From: Flavobacteriales bacterium
Lineage (GTDB): Bacteria; Bacteroidota; Bacteroidia; Palsa-965
Length of the DNA stretch: 64,000 nucleotides
Assembly: GCA_040377305.1 (NCBI GenBank)
Contig: JBEIPA010000012.1
Coordinates: forward strand, 32,001 to 96,000
Direction: 5' to 3'
Part shown: in pieces, positions 9,806-20,264 of the stretch
Layout of the letters: every line of letters starts with the position of its first letter
Position numbering within the stretch: the stretch's first letter is position 1
Made by a program: the position numbers and the translations under genes
Notes under the pieces: generated by a model
Told to the model about the DNA's origin: nothing
The model's input: only the letters and a program-made list of their open reading frames with translations
Database searches by the model: none

Positions 9806-11161
9806 ATGAAGAAGACTCTTTCCATTGTTGCACTCCTTGGATCTGCAATTGCACTGCAAGCACAAACAAATCCGGTAATTCTAAACTGGTTGCAGAACAC
9901 GTCCATTTATGGATCGCATTACATTCAGAATAACTTCACACCAATTCCGGAAAATGTTCTGGCGAATTGTCAAACCGTACAATATTCTACGAACTGGGTT
10001 TACGTGAGTACACATGGTATTCCAACATACACAACCGGTCCTTTCCTCGATGGAAATCCATCACTGGCGAGCGATCAGAATGCAATCTTCCGGTTTCCTT
10101 TGAACCCAACACAGAACACAGGCAATCCAACTTCGACAACGATGGGGAACATTGGTGTGTTCATCAATGGTGTTGCTTTGTTTGATTACCGCGATGGTGT
10201 GTCGTGGAATAATGCACAACAACAGGAACGCGGTGGTCCATTGGGCGGAAGTGGCGACGGAGTTTGGAATCGCGATGCAGTTCCTGCAGAAATGCTTGGC
10301 TTCGATTGCGCGAAAGGTCATCCTGCAATGGGAAATTATCACCATCACCAAAATCCTTCTGCATTTGATCTGGATCTCGTGCAGGTTTCAACCGTGTGCA
10401 ATTTGTACGACGCCGATGGACTTTATGTAATTGACAGCGCAGTACATTCTCCGCTCATCGGTTTTGCTTACGATGGATTTCCGATCTACGGCGCTTACGG
10501 TTACGCAAACGCAAACGGAACTGGTGGAATTGTTCGCATCGAATCCGGTTACCAGTTGCGTAGCATTTCTGCCCGCACACATTATGCCGATGGAAGTGAT
10601 GTTACTGATGGACCAGCAATCAATTCAACGTATCCGCTTGGTCGTTACCGCGAAGATTACGAATGGATTTCACATCCGGGCAACGAATGGTATCTCGACG
10701 AACACAATGGTCGCTTCTGCGTAACACCGGAATATCCGAATGGTATCTATTGCTACTTCGCTACGGTTGATGCAAACTGGAATTCCGCTTATCCGTATGC
10801 AGTTGGTCCAACATTCTATGGCAACAAAGTAGCGCAGGAGGTGACACAGATTACGGAAACAACTACAACGTATGTTCCTACTTCGGGAGTAATATCTCAG
10901 GCGGAAATGGATGCTATGCAATTCACTGTGTATCCGAATCCCGCGCAGGATTTTATTGCTGTTCAGGTTGGCGATTTGGTCACAACAGTAATCAAAGCAA
11001 CGATGTACGATATGGCAGGTCGCGTGATTCAGGAAACGATGATTAATCCGGGAAGCACGATTGCGTATTTCGACACGCGTACTATTTACGACGGACAATA
11101 CATCATTCAGATTCAAAGTGGAGAAAGTGTAAGAACAAGCAAAGTAGTTTTGCAGCACTAG
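9806..11161 (+). CDS. YHYH-domain protein with T9SS type A C-terminal domain
   Basis: GVFINGV, GHP..GNYHHH, HSPLIGFAYDGFPIYG, LDEHNGRFCVTPEYP; C-terminal YPNPA. Confidence 0.85.
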   Translation: MKKTLSIVALLGSAIALQAQTNPVILNWLQNTSIYGSHYIQNNFTPIPENVLANCQTVQYSTNWVYVSTHGIPTYTTGPFLDGNPSLASDQNAIFRFPLNPTQNTGNPTSTTMGNIGVFINGVALFDYRDGVSWNNAQQQERGGPLGGSGDGVWNRDAVPAEMLGFDCAKGHPAMGNYHHHQNPSAFDLDLVQVSTVCNLYDADGLYVIDSAVHSPLIGFAYDGFPIYGAYGYANANGTGGIVRIESGYQLRSISARTHYADGSDVTDGPAINSTYPLGRYREDYEWISHPGNEWYLDEHNGRFCVTPEYPNGIYCYFATVDANWNSAYPYAVGPTFYGNKVAQEVTQITETTTTYVPTSGVISQAEMDAMQFTVYPNPAQDFIAVQVGDLVTTVIKATMYDMAGRVIQETMINPGSTIAYFDTRTIYDGQYIIQIQSGESVRTSKVVLQH

Positions 11162-11182
11162 CTCGGTTTGGATTAACCAGGT

Positions 11183-11222
11183 AAAGGCGTCCCGGCGGTA
11201 ATTCGTCGGGACGCCTTTTTTG
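11183..11222 (+). terminator. intrinsic terminator
   Basis: aaaggcgtcccggcg / cgtcgggacgcctttttt hairpin plus T run after the YHYH gene. Confidence 0.8.
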
Positions 11223-11247
11223 TTGCTTTTCGCGAAAATTGTACCTT

Positions 11248-11372
11248 GTGAGTTCACACATTAGTGCTTTTTGTCAGACTGAGCCTCGCTGAAGGGCGAC
11301 AACTGGCACGAATGATGAAATAGTGAGTTCACAATGTTATCCTTGTCAGACTGAGCGTAGCCGAAGGGTGAC
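11248..11372. repeat. two tandem REP-like units
   Basis: gtcagactgagcctcgctgaagggcgac (11273-11300) and gtcagactgagcgtagccgaagggtgac (11345-11372), each preceded by gtgagttcaca. Confidence 0.65.
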
Positions 11373-11396
11373 GAGGATGAAGACACAATCTCAACT

Positions 11397-12866
11397 ATGA
11401 ACAACGTATTACAATCTGGTTACGATTCACTCCACTCAGAAGAGAAGCGCAATTTGCGTCAACGGCTTTCTGATTCACCGCGTGCTATTCTGCTTTTGGA
11501 TTTTCTGGAAGAGAGAAGAGGGAAGAAGTTCAATACTGTGGATGCGGTGAACACTGTATATAGTGATGAATCGGACGAAGAGTTTACAACACTGCGCAAT
11601 CGTTTCTTCAAGCTTCGCAAGCACATCATTGAAACGCTTGATGAGAATACGGTGAATACGGGAACAGGAGTTTCGCTGCTACCCTTGGAGGAAGAGTTGT
11701 TTCGTTGCCGTCAAATGATCGGACAAAATCACTTTCAGCAAGCAGACAAACAGTTGAAAGCGCTGATCGCAGAATGCAAGCGACTCAATGTGTTTGAATT
11801 GCTGCCTGATGCTTACAACCAGATTGTTTATGCGAATCTCGCGCTGAACAATTTCAAAGAGCACGAACGTAATTTGCGCGACCTTGAGGAATCGAGCAAG
11901 GTGCTGGACGATTTACGTACCATGCAGGTATTGTCGCGACGAATTTATGTGGGCGCAATTACCCGTAATACCAAGGAAGTGGTGAAGCAATTGCAGGCAA
12001 TGCGCAGAATTGTTCTTCGTCGCAGTGCATTTCCACGCTTCGAATTGATTTATCATTTCGTAGTAGTAACGAATGCGCCTTCTGTTCCCGGTTACAGCGG
12101 AAAAGGACACGCGCGACATTTGGCTTCGCTCAAGAAAATATCAGCGAAGCATCCCGGAATGCCTGCTGCGAATTTCGAACCCAATGGAGCCGCGTTGATG
12201 CAATACTATCTGCTTGTCGCCGATGGATCACACCACTTCATGCGTGGTGATGTGCAAACCTGTTACAACCTCTTCAAAGAATCCTGGGATATCATGGAAC
12301 GCATTCCGAATCTCAAGCTGAGAAAGTCGGAAAGCAATTTCAAGAACAGGATTGCGATTGAAGTCGCAACGAATCGTTTCCGGGATGCTGTAAAGACTGC
12401 ACATGATCTCATCGAATTTCAGAAGGAGAACAAGAATGAAGAGAAGCGCCTGAACGGTTTTGCAGAGCTTGCAGTTATTTACAGTTATGCATATCCTGCG
12501 CTGAAATGTCCCGATCCTGAATTTCTGTCGCGGCAGCTCAAAGTATTCACATCCTTGCTCAAACGGGAAAAATCTGTTCTCCTCGGCGACGGGCAATCAA
12601 CACAAGCCATTTTTGCTTTCATGAACAAAGACTGGAAGCTTGCAAACACGATCATGCAGAATAAAGCTGCTCAGGATGTTTTCACTTCCATGGATCTTGA
12701 AATTTACAACGAAGTGCTGCTGATGTCGCCCGCAATGCCCGTTGAGAAAATCAAAGAGGTGAAGAAGCGTGCACAGACTATGCTCGACAAGTCGTTTTCT
12801 TCAGATCGGGTTTATTCGTTGAAGCGGGTGGTGAATTTGATCGGGATATTGGAGAATTCGCTGTGA
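11397..12866 (+). CDS. hypothetical alpha-helical (TPR-like) protein
   Basis: 489-aa ORF with helical pattern, no recognised catalytic motif. Confidence 0.6.
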   Translation: MNNVLQSGYDSLHSEEKRNLRQRLSDSPRAILLLDFLEERRGKKFNTVDAVNTVYSDESDEEFTTLRNRFFKLRKHIIETLDENTVNTGTGVSLLPLEEELFRCRQMIGQNHFQQADKQLKALIAECKRLNVFELLPDAYNQIVYANLALNNFKEHERNLRDLEESSKVLDDLRTMQVLSRRIYVGAITRNTKEVVKQLQAMRRIVLRRSAFPRFELIYHFVVVTNAPSVPGYSGKGHARHLASLKKISAKHPGMPAANFEPNGAALMQYYLLVADGSHHFMRGDVQTCYNLFKESWDIMERIPNLKLRKSESNFKNRIAIEVATNRFRDAVKTAHDLIEFQKENKNEEKRLNGFAELAVIYSYAYPALKCPDPEFLSRQLKVFTSLLKREKSVLLGDGQSTQAIFAFMNKDWKLANTIMQNKAAQDVFTSMDLEIYNEVLLMSPAMPVEKIKEVKKRAQTMLDKSFSSDRVYSLKRVVNLIGILENSL

Positions 12867-12923
12867 GAACACGATAGTAAATTAAGTGTTCTGTGCACTT
12901 AGTTGTTGTCCATGATAGCGTTG

Positions 12924-13520
12924 TCAAGTATACGACCTGGTGTTTTTGTAATCATCAGTTAAAATGGTCGGTATTGCTGAAGTGGTATACTTTCTAAAAT
13001 CCTTGACGGTTGTTTCATACTGCACATTGAGTGCCTGAAAAGCGTCAAATTGGATTTTGGAATAAATGTTGAATTTGAAGACGTGCATCTGACCATCTAC
13101 GGTCTTAAGATAAACAAGTGCATTACCGTTACGTTCTATATCACGATGGTTGTTTCTAAAACCACAATAATGGTCATAGAATAGGAGGAAGGTGTTGATA
13201 TGTGTTAGTGCTATAGCAAGTCGCTCATCCGGTTTTGTTATCGTGATTTCGTCCAACGTAAACGTAATTGTGCCGGCATAATTGCTGGGCTTGGGCCAGT
13301 CTGGATACAACCTCCGGATGTATTTATCAGTTACGAACAACAAACTCAAGAGTAATACGACAAATACAATTCCACGAGCCTCCCTTGAAACGGGAAGTGA
13401 TTGAACGACGAGCAGCGTAATGATTGCAACAACAACTGATCGTGCGATTCGCGCTAAGCAGCCGTGGTCTGAAAGAACATTGATGTCATCACGGTACAAA
13501 TTCAACTCAACGCTATTCAT
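12924..13520 (-). CDS. hypothetical membrane protein
   Basis: 198 aa, two TM segments. Confidence 0.6.
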   Translation of the reverse strand: MNSVELNLYRDDINVLSDHGCLARIARSVVVAIITLLVVQSLPVSREARGIVFVVLLLSLLFVTDKYIRRLYPDWPKPSNYAGTITFTLDEITITKPDERLAIALTHINTFLLFYDHYCGFRNNHRDIERNGNALVYLKTVDGQMHVFKFNIYSKIQFDAFQALNVQYETTVKDFRKYTTSAIPTILTDDYKNTRSYT

Positions 13521-13608
13521 TTATTGTTGCTTATGGTTTTCGGATTGACATCATTAGCGTTTCCTTCAAATAACTATAACTGAAAAGTGGTTGGCAACAA
13601 TTACACTC

Positions 13609-14046
13609 TTATGCATCAGTTTTCGCAAGGGCAGCTACTAACTCATCAGGCCTCTTTGTGGTCAATACAACTTTTGTTAGGCTGCCTGCTTCCGAAGTAA
13701 ATTCGATTGCAACTGTTTCTTTGACCCGTTCAACGTTAACTATGTTTTTGAGCGGAACGCGGTGAAGCATCTCATACTGTTGTAGAAAACTGGCAAAAAG
13801 CAAAGGACATTTAAGCCAAAGTTCGCTGTCTGTCACAACAATGTCCAGTCCGCGACTTGTTCCGCCCAGTCTGGTCATAAGAGTCCGAGTAGAGTGTCCA
13901 GACGCAGAACGATCCCGATATTTCACCAGTACCGTTTCGATATCTGGAAATATCGCAATTGCTTTTTTTCCTCGTGTATAAGCGAGATAAAACATAGTTA
14001 GCATCACGACACACCAACAAAGAAATAATACTGTTTGACCGTTCAT
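13609..14046 (-). CDS. hypothetical protein
   Basis: 145 aa, N-terminal TM. Confidence 0.6.
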   Translation of the reverse strand: MNGQTVLFLCWCVVMLTMFYLAYTRGKKAIAIFPDIETVLVKYRDRSASGHSTRTLMTRLGGTSRGLDIVVTDSELWLKCPLLFASFLQQYEMLHRVPLKNIVNVERVKETVAIEFTSEAGSLTKVVLTTKRPDELVAALAKTDA

Positions 14047-14104
14047 TTAATCGATTTTCCAAGCATTTATATTTCACGGTGATTTTTAGAAATTCCGGAA
14101 GCAG

Positions 14105-14563
14105 TTATTTCTCACAAATTTCCTTCAGCTTCTCCAATGCTTTTGGATATTTCTCGTTCATATAACCAACAAAATCTTCTGTGGTGTCTAAGTCAACAGT
14201 AACGGTCGTGGTTCCGTTGTTTTCTTCGAACGAATAGTTTTCAAATCCGTTTGCCCACTTTTCCACCTCAGGTCCGTCTGTAATTTCCTTGTCGCCTTGT
14301 ACAAGGCCATAATGTTGGATCGAAACAAATTTGCCGGGAGTGTTTTCCGCTATCCTGGAAACCATGCCTCCCTTTTCTCCGTTCTCCGAAACTCCGACAA
14401 AAAGAATTTTGCTTCCCTTGTCCCAGCTTCCTTCGAATGTCGAGGTTGCGTTAAACAGAGCAGTCCACTGCTCATACGTTGATTTATTGCTGATGCCAAG
14501 CATCACATCGTAAACCTTAGTTGCAGTTGCATTGATGTTTACTGTGAACTGGAGTTTTTTCAT
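14105..14563 (-). CDS. SRPBCC/AHA1-like domain protein
   Basis: INA...VYDVM, FEGSWDKGSKILF, ENYSFEE..GTTTVTV, YPKALEKLKEICE. Confidence 0.85.
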   Translation of the reverse strand: MKKLQFTVNINATATKVYDVMLGISNKSTYEQWTALFNATSTFEGSWDKGSKILFVGVSENGEKGGMVSRIAENTPGKFVSIQHYGLVQGDKEITDGPEVEKWANGFENYSFEENNGTTTVTVDLDTTEDFVGYMNEKYPKALEKLKEICEK

Positions 14564-14673
14564 GGTATTGAGTTTGTTTAGATTATACAGATTGTAATTG
14601 GAATGTTATTTCAATTCATATCTCGTGATACGAAACTTCAAATGAGCATAGACTGACTTGTTTCTGCATGCAG

Positions 14674-15927
14674 TTAATATTTTATCAGTTTCGTCGTATA
14701 AGTTTTATTGGAGTCAAGTTCCCCGATGGTTAGAAAATATATTCCCGGTTGTAAACTAATTTGAACCTCTCCATTGTGTATTTCATCCGCATAAACTAAT
14801 TGACCGACGGAGTTGTAAATGCTCAGATTTATGAGTCCGGTAACTCCAATAATTTTGAATGAATTATCAATTGGATTTGGAAATATACTGATGACTGAAC
14901 CAGAATAAAGTTCGTCATACCCCACAGACGAGGAGCAGTTTGATGGAATTGAATCGGTCGAGTAAAAGTCAGTGCAATTATTACAGAATACACTCTTCAT
15001 GAAGCAACTTGCTCTTTTAGCTCTAAACACACTACTTGCGTTTCGATAAATTCCATGTCCACCTGTGGTATCGATTGTTACTTCGCTGCAAATATTATTC
15101 GCAACCAAGTCATTATGTATTGCTCTGGAACCATTGAGTGTGTAGTGCAAAAATGAATTGTCCGAATCAATCTGAACTAATGTGTCAAGTTCCCCATGAA
15201 AAGCAATGGTTGGTAGCATTTCTACACTATCAATTTCGGATTCAGTTACGCCTCCCCAATTATTAAAAATGCCTTTGAATGAATAACTGTTTGATAAATT
15301 ATTTCCTGAAGTATAAAGGTTCCCTAATTCAACACTCGTAGCATTTGCGCTATACAACAACGAGATGCTGTCAAGTTCTGATTGGTCGGCATACACCATA
15401 CCTAATGCAAGTAATGAGCCTGCACTCTGACCTCCAACAAAAATCCAATTCGTATCTATTCTAACGGCATTTGCGTTGTTAACAACAAATCTCATTGCAG
15501 CGTGTCCGTCCTGAATGGCTCTGTATCTCGCCTTATATTGCCCGTATTCAGAAAAATCATGTCCAAGTCTGTAATTGACCGATGCACATACAAAACCTCT
15601 CAATGCCAAATGAACGCATAAGTCAGCGATGTCTCCGGATTGCTTGTCTCCTGAAGAGAAACCACCACCATGAAACAACATAATAAATGGACGTTTAGGC
15701 GACGAATCAATACCAAGATTTGGATAGTAGAGATCCAGAAGCAACGTGTCTGGATTTCCTAAATAATCTTGGGCGATACCATATTGAATATTTGTTCCAA
15801 TCGTAATTTCGGTTGAATCAAAGTATTGGACTTCGGTATATCTCGTATCGCTGGTGCAATACTGTCCATAAGTTTCTCCAATCAAAAGAAATATGGCCGA
15901 TGCAAGGACTAAAAATTTGGGTGTCAT
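14674..15927 (-). CDS. carboxylesterase-family hydrolase with T9SS type A C-terminal domain
   Basis: HGGGF, VNYRLG, GGQSAG, FHGELD, GHG; C-terminal FPNP...GIYFLTI. Confidence 0.85.
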   Translation of the reverse strand: MTPKFLVLASAIFLLIGETYGQYCTSDTRYTEVQYFDSTEITIGTNIQYGIAQDYLGNPDTLLLDLYYPNLGIDSSPKRPFIMLFHGGGFSSGDKQSGDIADLCVHLALRGFVCASVNYRLGHDFSEYGQYKARYRAIQDGHAAMRFVVNNANAVRIDTNWIFVGGQSAGSLLALGMVYADQSELDSISLLYSANATSVELGNLYTSGNNLSNSYSFKGIFNNWGGVTESEIDSVEMLPTIAFHGELDTLVQIDSDNSFLHYTLNGSRAIHNDLVANNICSEVTIDTTGGHGIYRNASSVFRAKRASCFMKSVFCNNCTDFYSTDSIPSNCSSSVGYDELYSGSVISIFPNPIDNSFKIIGVTGLINLSIYNSVGQLVYADEIHNGEVQISLQPGIYFLTIGELDSNKTYTTKLIKY

Positions 15928-15986
15928 TGATGTTTACTTTGAATAGATGTATTAACCTCTTGTTTTATTATTTATTTGTGAGTCCT

Positions 15987-16544
15987 TCACATAGAATTTC
16001 CATCAAAGTCAATTTTATACTTTGTGCCATCGAGATTAGTAAGTTCGATCCAGTCGCTTTCAATTTTGAACACTTCTTCTCCGTCAAGTGACATTAAAAT
16101 ACCAACCTCCTTAAATTCCCAATTTATATATCCATCGCGGTCAAGTTGGGTGACTTGCAATTCTCCGTGAACCAAATAATTGTCCTTGTGTTTGAATATT
16201 TGGAAACAAGAAGCAAAGTCTGCCTCGGTTTTCCATACGAGTTCCAGTTCAGTAAGTGTTAAGCAAAAAACGGAATTGCAGCAGCAGATTAGCAGTACAT
16301 CGTCGTCAATCAATGCTGAGTTTTGAGAAACATCTGTCTTGCCACCATAGCCGATAATTATACAGTCGCTGATTAGCTTTCCATCCTGGAAGATCTTGAC
16401 ACCGTGTTTTGACGTCGGAAAGTCGTATGCCATGGATGCGAAATGCTCTTTGGAATAATTGAAGGCATTATTGTCAACGCCAGATTCGTAACCCGGTTCG
16501 TTTAACACTTCAACTATTAAGTCCTTGTATTGATATTGGCTCAT
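15987..16544 (-). CDS. hypothetical protein
   Basis: 185-aa beta-rich ORF. Confidence 0.6.
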   Translation of the reverse strand: MSQYQYKDLIVEVLNEPGYESGVDNNAFNYSKEHFASMAYDFPTSKHGVKIFQDGKLISDCIIIGYGGKTDVSQNSALIDDDVLLICCCNSVFCLTLTELELVWKTEADFASCFQIFKHKDNYLVHGELQVTQLDRDGYINWEFKEVGILMSLDGEEVFKIESDWIELTNLDGTKYKIDFDGNSM

Positions 16545-16661
16545 TCTATTGTGTTCTTATAGTCCAATGATTAGGTTAAATATCGAAATTATCTAAACAG
16601 AACATTCTTTTACTAACTATTCGATGAACACGTATTAAACTACATCCGTCCGCACCACCAT

Positions 16662-17444
16662 TTACACATTCTGATTATGAAACTTCAAAACCTTAAATCG
16701 TTCTTTTGTCCAGAGAATGGTCATTATTGAAACGGGAATAGCGAGCATGTTGAAGAACACAAAATTTTCATAAAATTTCGGGAATTCTCCAAAAACAGTT
16801 TTCACAGGTTCATTCAACGACTCATCATTTAAGAACATAATGTTTACAAGCACGGTAACCACCAGCGCAATCACCATTGGCCAGATAGAAAACAAGCCAT
16901 GTACTTTTCCGGTCTGCGTATTCTTCAACATCTCCAGGTAGCCGTATTGATTGGTAACGCCGGTCATCTGATCGCCTGTTTTTACTTTACTGTATGAACT
17001 GCTTCCTTCCAGAGTTCGGCCGGAAATAGTTATAAAATACGTAGTACGTTTTTCAAATGTACTGCTACGCGTTCCGGACCGCGGCAGGTGTGTATTCACA
17101 GTCTCTGTCTTCGATCGTTTATCGGTAACAGTGCCTGAAACAAACTGGTAATTGAGCTTGGGCTTTTTTGATCCTGGGAGCGTTTCAATTAGTTTTTGAT
17201 TTCCCCATTTCAAATCTTGCAGCGGAGAACTGAATGCAACGATTTCCTTGTCCGGATTGATTTCAAAAATGAATTCAAATTTTTGCGTGAAGTCAATTCC
17301 TGACGGGAGACTTTTACCCCGTGTTTGTAACTTAAACTTTTCTCCGTTGATCATGAGTTCGTAAACGGGGTGAGGATCTCCGTATTCATCAAAATCACGA
17401 CTGCTGTAACGTTGAATATTGGAACGTACTACTTTATTGCTCAT
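16662..17444 (-). CDS. hypothetical protein with C-terminal TM segments
   Basis: 260-aa ORF. Confidence 0.6.
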   Translation of the reverse strand: MSNKVVRSNIQRYSSRDFDEYGDPHPVYELMINGEKFKLQTRGKSLPSGIDFTQKFEFIFEINPDKEIVAFSSPLQDLKWGNQKLIETLPGSKKPKLNYQFVSGTVTDKRSKTETVNTHLPRSGTRSSTFEKRTTYFITISGRTLEGSSSYSKVKTGDQMTGVTNQYGYLEMLKNTQTGKVHGLFSIWPMVIALVVTVLVNIMFLNDESLNEPVKTVFGEFPKFYENFVFFNMLAIPVSIMTILWTKERFKVLKFHNQNV

Positions 17445-17464
17445 GAGGTGGGTGTTGTTCGCTG

Positions 17465-17493
17465 GTCTATTTGGAATATGTGCTGTTAGCGGC
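17465..17493 (-). repeat. truncated attC-like remnant (long family)
   Basis: ctatttggaatatgtgctgttagcggc resembles ctattgcaaatgtgctgttatgcg at the right end of the 22918-23049 site. Confidence 0.55.
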
Positions 17494-17498
17494 TGATT

Positions 17499-18563
17499 TC
17501 ATATTTTTAGTTTAAACTTTTCAAACTTATTTCCATTTTGTTTGTAAACTCCGTCATTGTCAGTTCCAAGCCAAATTATTCCGCTGCTGTCTTGGTAGAT
17601 AGATACTAGCAAGACATTTTCTGTACCCTTTTTTACTTCAAGGTTGGTGAGCGTTTTACCGTCATATTTCCAAACTCCACCACCATAAGTAGTCATGAAT
17701 AAATTACCATCTTGATCTACAATTCCTGAGTTGAAATAATGGGGTTTTTCTTTTCGAACACCCTTTATTATTTCATATTGTAAATTGTTCGATTCAATTT
17801 TATACTTGCTTATAAAATTGCTCAACCAAAAATATCCGTCTTTGTCTTGAATGATTGAACGAACACCGCCAGCAGTGCCATCTGGGAGAATTGAAAGTTC
17901 TTTTTCATCAAACCACATAAACGATTTTCCATCGTATCGGAACGCACCTGCTACAAAAGTTCCAAACCAAATATTTCCGTCTTTGTCTTTATTTATGCCA
18001 TAAACTGAATAAGGGTTATTGCTATTAAAAGGGCTGATTAGCGTGTCAATTCCAAACGCTTTATTTAAATCTTTCCGTGGCAATTTTAATTCAAAAAGAG
18101 AATCGCCACTATAACGGAATAAATCATTTGCATTGTAGCCAAACCATAAGTCATTCGGTAAAAGTTTCCATTGGTTATGTGACGATTTTATTGGCTTTAA
18201 AGTGGTAAATTGATTTCCGTCAAATTTGCTTATTCCTTTGTGTGTTTCGATGTATATGTTTCCGTCAGTATCTTCTTGAATACCACGGATTGAATCGTTC
18301 ACTAATCCGTCTACTGTTGTAAATTGTTTTAACTCGTTTCCATCTAAAGAATAGATACCGTTTCCATTGCTACCAAACCAATATTTTCCTTTTGAGTCTT
18401 GAAATATTCTCCAAATTTGATTATCCAGTTCAGAAATCACTTTGCCAATTTGTACAGTTTCTGTTTCAGTCTTTTTGTGTTCAGATTGCATCTGTCCTTT
18501 GCATGAGAGGAAACTAATCGAAACAAAAACTATTGAGATTGTTTTTATAGTGGTAATTGTCAT
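17499..18563 (-). CDS. two-component-regulator-propeller (Reg_prop) repeat lipoprotein; cassette 10
   Basis: Lipobox FLSC; repeated IxQDxxGxxWFG blades. Confidence 0.8.
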   Translation of the reverse strand: MTITTIKTISIVFVSISFLSCKGQMQSEHKKTETETVQIGKVISELDNQIWRIFQDSKGKYWFGSNGNGIYSLDGNELKQFTTVDGLVNDSIRGIQEDTDGNIYIETHKGISKFDGNQFTTLKPIKSSHNQWKLLPNDLWFGYNANDLFRYSGDSLFELKLPRKDLNKAFGIDTLISPFNSNNPYSVYGINKDKDGNIWFGTFVAGAFRYDGKSFMWFDEKELSILPDGTAGGVRSIIQDKDGYFWLSNFISKYKIESNNLQYEIIKGVRKEKPHYFNSGIVDQDGNLFMTTYGGGVWKYDGKTLTNLEVKKGTENVLLVSIYQDSSGIIWLGTDNDGVYKQNGNKFEKFKLKI

Positions 18564-18594
18564 TTCAATATTAATATGGCTGGTTTAAAGTTGC

Positions 18595-18680
18595 CGCTAA
18601 CATTTCGCGGATTGGCGTCGCGCGCTTTTCCTTCTAATAAATATACGTGAAAAGCGCAAAGTGCCAATGCGCGATTAGGG
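18595..18680 (-). repeat. attC-like site, resident family (one core mutated)
   Basis: cgctaacatttcgcggattggcgtcgcgcgcttttc...gaaaagcgcaaagtgccaatgcgcgattaggg; overlaps stop codon at 18675. Confidence 0.8.
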
Positions 18681-19121
18681 GCTGATAGCTCTTATCGGTT
18701 TCCAAACGAAATAGAACGCTCCAATAAGTATGTTCACAAGCGAAATAATATAAACTGAATTATACGTTTCAGACCTATAATAACTCAATCCGGCTTCTGT
18801 GTGCATATTCACTCCGGGATGAGAATTGTCGACGATGCAAAATGCGAAAATTAGAATTCCGATAGCTTGTAATATAAAAATGGATCCTTTAGCCAATCTA
18901 CTCTTTACTTTTCGTGTCTGTCGAATAAAAACAAAGTAACAGACTGGAAAGACAACAAATAAGAAAAAGTAATTGTACATGATTGAAGTCACGTGCATAC
19001 CAAAAGTCACACCATCATGAATGTCCTTGGTCTGGATTCCAACGGAAGGGATAATCAGTGAAGAAGTCAACACGATCAGAAATGCCGATCCTAATTTATT
19101 GAGATTAGTGAAGTCTGTCAA
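18675..19121 (-). CDS. hypothetical membrane protein; cassette 9
   Basis: 148 aa, four TM segments; TTG start uncertain. Confidence 0.55.
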   Translation of the reverse strand: MTDFTNLNKLGSAFLIVLTSSLIIPSVGIQTKDIHDGVTFGMHVTSIMYNYFFLFVVFPVCYFVFIRQTRKVKSRLAKGSIFILQAIGILIFAFCIVDNSHPGVNMHTEAGLSYYRSETYNSVYIISLVNILIGAFYFVWKPIRAISP

Positions 19122-19157
19122 CGTTCTTATGTTTGGAGTCGCTCAGTGCTTTTAGCA
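19116..19157 (-). repeat. possible internally deleted attC-like remnant
   Basis: caacgttcttatgtttggagtcgc aligns loosely with taacgttttgcggattggcgccgc, followed by cagtgcttttagc. Confidence 0.35.
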
Positions 19158-19163
19158 GTAGGG

Positions 19164-19694
19164 TCACACTTCGGCTTGAAGCAGTTTGTCAATACCTCGA
19201 ATTATCAAATCGCGATGGGCATAAAATGATTTCGGAAAATCTTCGGTACCAACATGTGGGCGCTTTTCCAATGCAAACCAATTGCGGAGACCTATCAGGT
19301 TCTCTTTTTTACGTGCCAATAGATACCGTGAATCAACCGCAACCTTATAGAAATATAGTTCATCAGTGAGTGTAGCTTTCTGAATCGAACCGCATTCTAG
19401 ACATTTTATAAGGCCGATCTTTTTGTCCAGTTCATCTGTTTCGGAAAACATTAGCGGATACAGATTCATTAGCCACGTTGGATCTTTCATCCAAACTTTA
19501 CCTCCGAAAAGTTCATTTACAATTATTCCATTGTCAGGCTTATAGCACGCGGAAATTTCAGAGAAAGTCGCGTTAGTATATCGATCCTTAATTACAGCTA
19601 TGTGCTCTTCATAAATCCGACGGAATGGGAAGGTGAACTGAGCTTTAGCAGAACAGGTAGGGCAAACCACATCAATGTCATAATTAATCGTCAT
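19164..19694 (-). CDS. hypothetical protein with two CxxC motifs; cassette 8
   Basis: CPTC and CLEC, possible zinc ribbon. Confidence 0.65.
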   Translation of the reverse strand: MTINYDIDVVCPTCSAKAQFTFPFRRIYEEHIAVIKDRYTNATFSEISACYKPDNGIIVNELFGGKVWMKDPTWLMNLYPLMFSETDELDKKIGLIKCLECGSIQKATLTDELYFYKVAVDSRYLLARKKENLIGLRNWFALEKRPHVGTEDFPKSFYAHRDLIIRGIDKLLQAEV

Positions 19695-19706
19695 GTGGAC
19701 AATTAC

Positions 19707-19790
19707 GCTTAACGTTTATGGATTGGCGCCGCGCTTTTTCCTTCTAATAAATATACGTGAAAAGTGGAGGGTGACAATACGCTGTTACCC
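19707..19790 (-). repeat. attC-like site, resident family (partly degenerate)
   Basis: gcttaacgtttatggattggcgccgcgctttttccttctaataaatatacgtgaaaagtggagggtgacaatacgctgttaccc. Confidence 0.8.
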
Positions 19791-19807
19791 GTAGCAGTTG
19801 TATCAAA

Positions 19808-20170
19808 CTACTGCTTATCTGTCTCATTTTTGAACTCCTCGAGCATGCGATAAAACATATCTATTGATTCCAAATGCTGCTGTTTCGATGGTATCGTTTC
19901 CAGCATAACGTTCCAATCGATTTCTCTCGGTTCGAAGCCCATGCATTTGGCAAGAATCATATTGGCCCAACCTGCTGTGGATTCGTAATAGTCAAGTTTG
20001 CTAGCAACCCAGTCGTGAAATGGGTCTGATTGTAATTCAAATTTGTCTTCAACCAGCGCATGATGGTAACCAGAAATGTAAATGTGTATACTTTTTAAGG
20101 TGAGTTCTCCAGTGAACATTGCTGGTCGACCTTCTATTTGCTTCAACACCGGATAACAGTTCAGTATCAT
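19808..20170 (-). CDS. hypothetical protein; cassette 7
   Basis: 120-aa ORF filling the space between two repeats. Confidence 0.7.
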   Translation of the reverse strand: MILNCYPVLKQIEGRPAMFTGELTLKSIHIYISGYHHALVEDKFELQSDPFHDWVASKLDYYESTAGWANMILAKCMGFEPREIDWNVMLETIPSKQQHLESIDMFYRMLEEFKNETDKQ

Positions 20171-20177
20171 ATTTTGC

Positions 20178-20260
20178 GATTAGGGGTTTGGGGAATTGCG
20201 ACTCTCTTGTCCTTCTAATCAATATACATAAAAGCGCGTGGAGCCAATGCGCTGTTAGCA
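20178..20260 (-). repeat. attC-like site, resident family (left arm degenerate)
   Basis: Right part ccttctaatcaatatacataaaagcgcgtggagccaatgcgctgttagca conserved; left AAC core lost. Confidence 0.7.
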
Positions 20261-20264
20261 CCAG

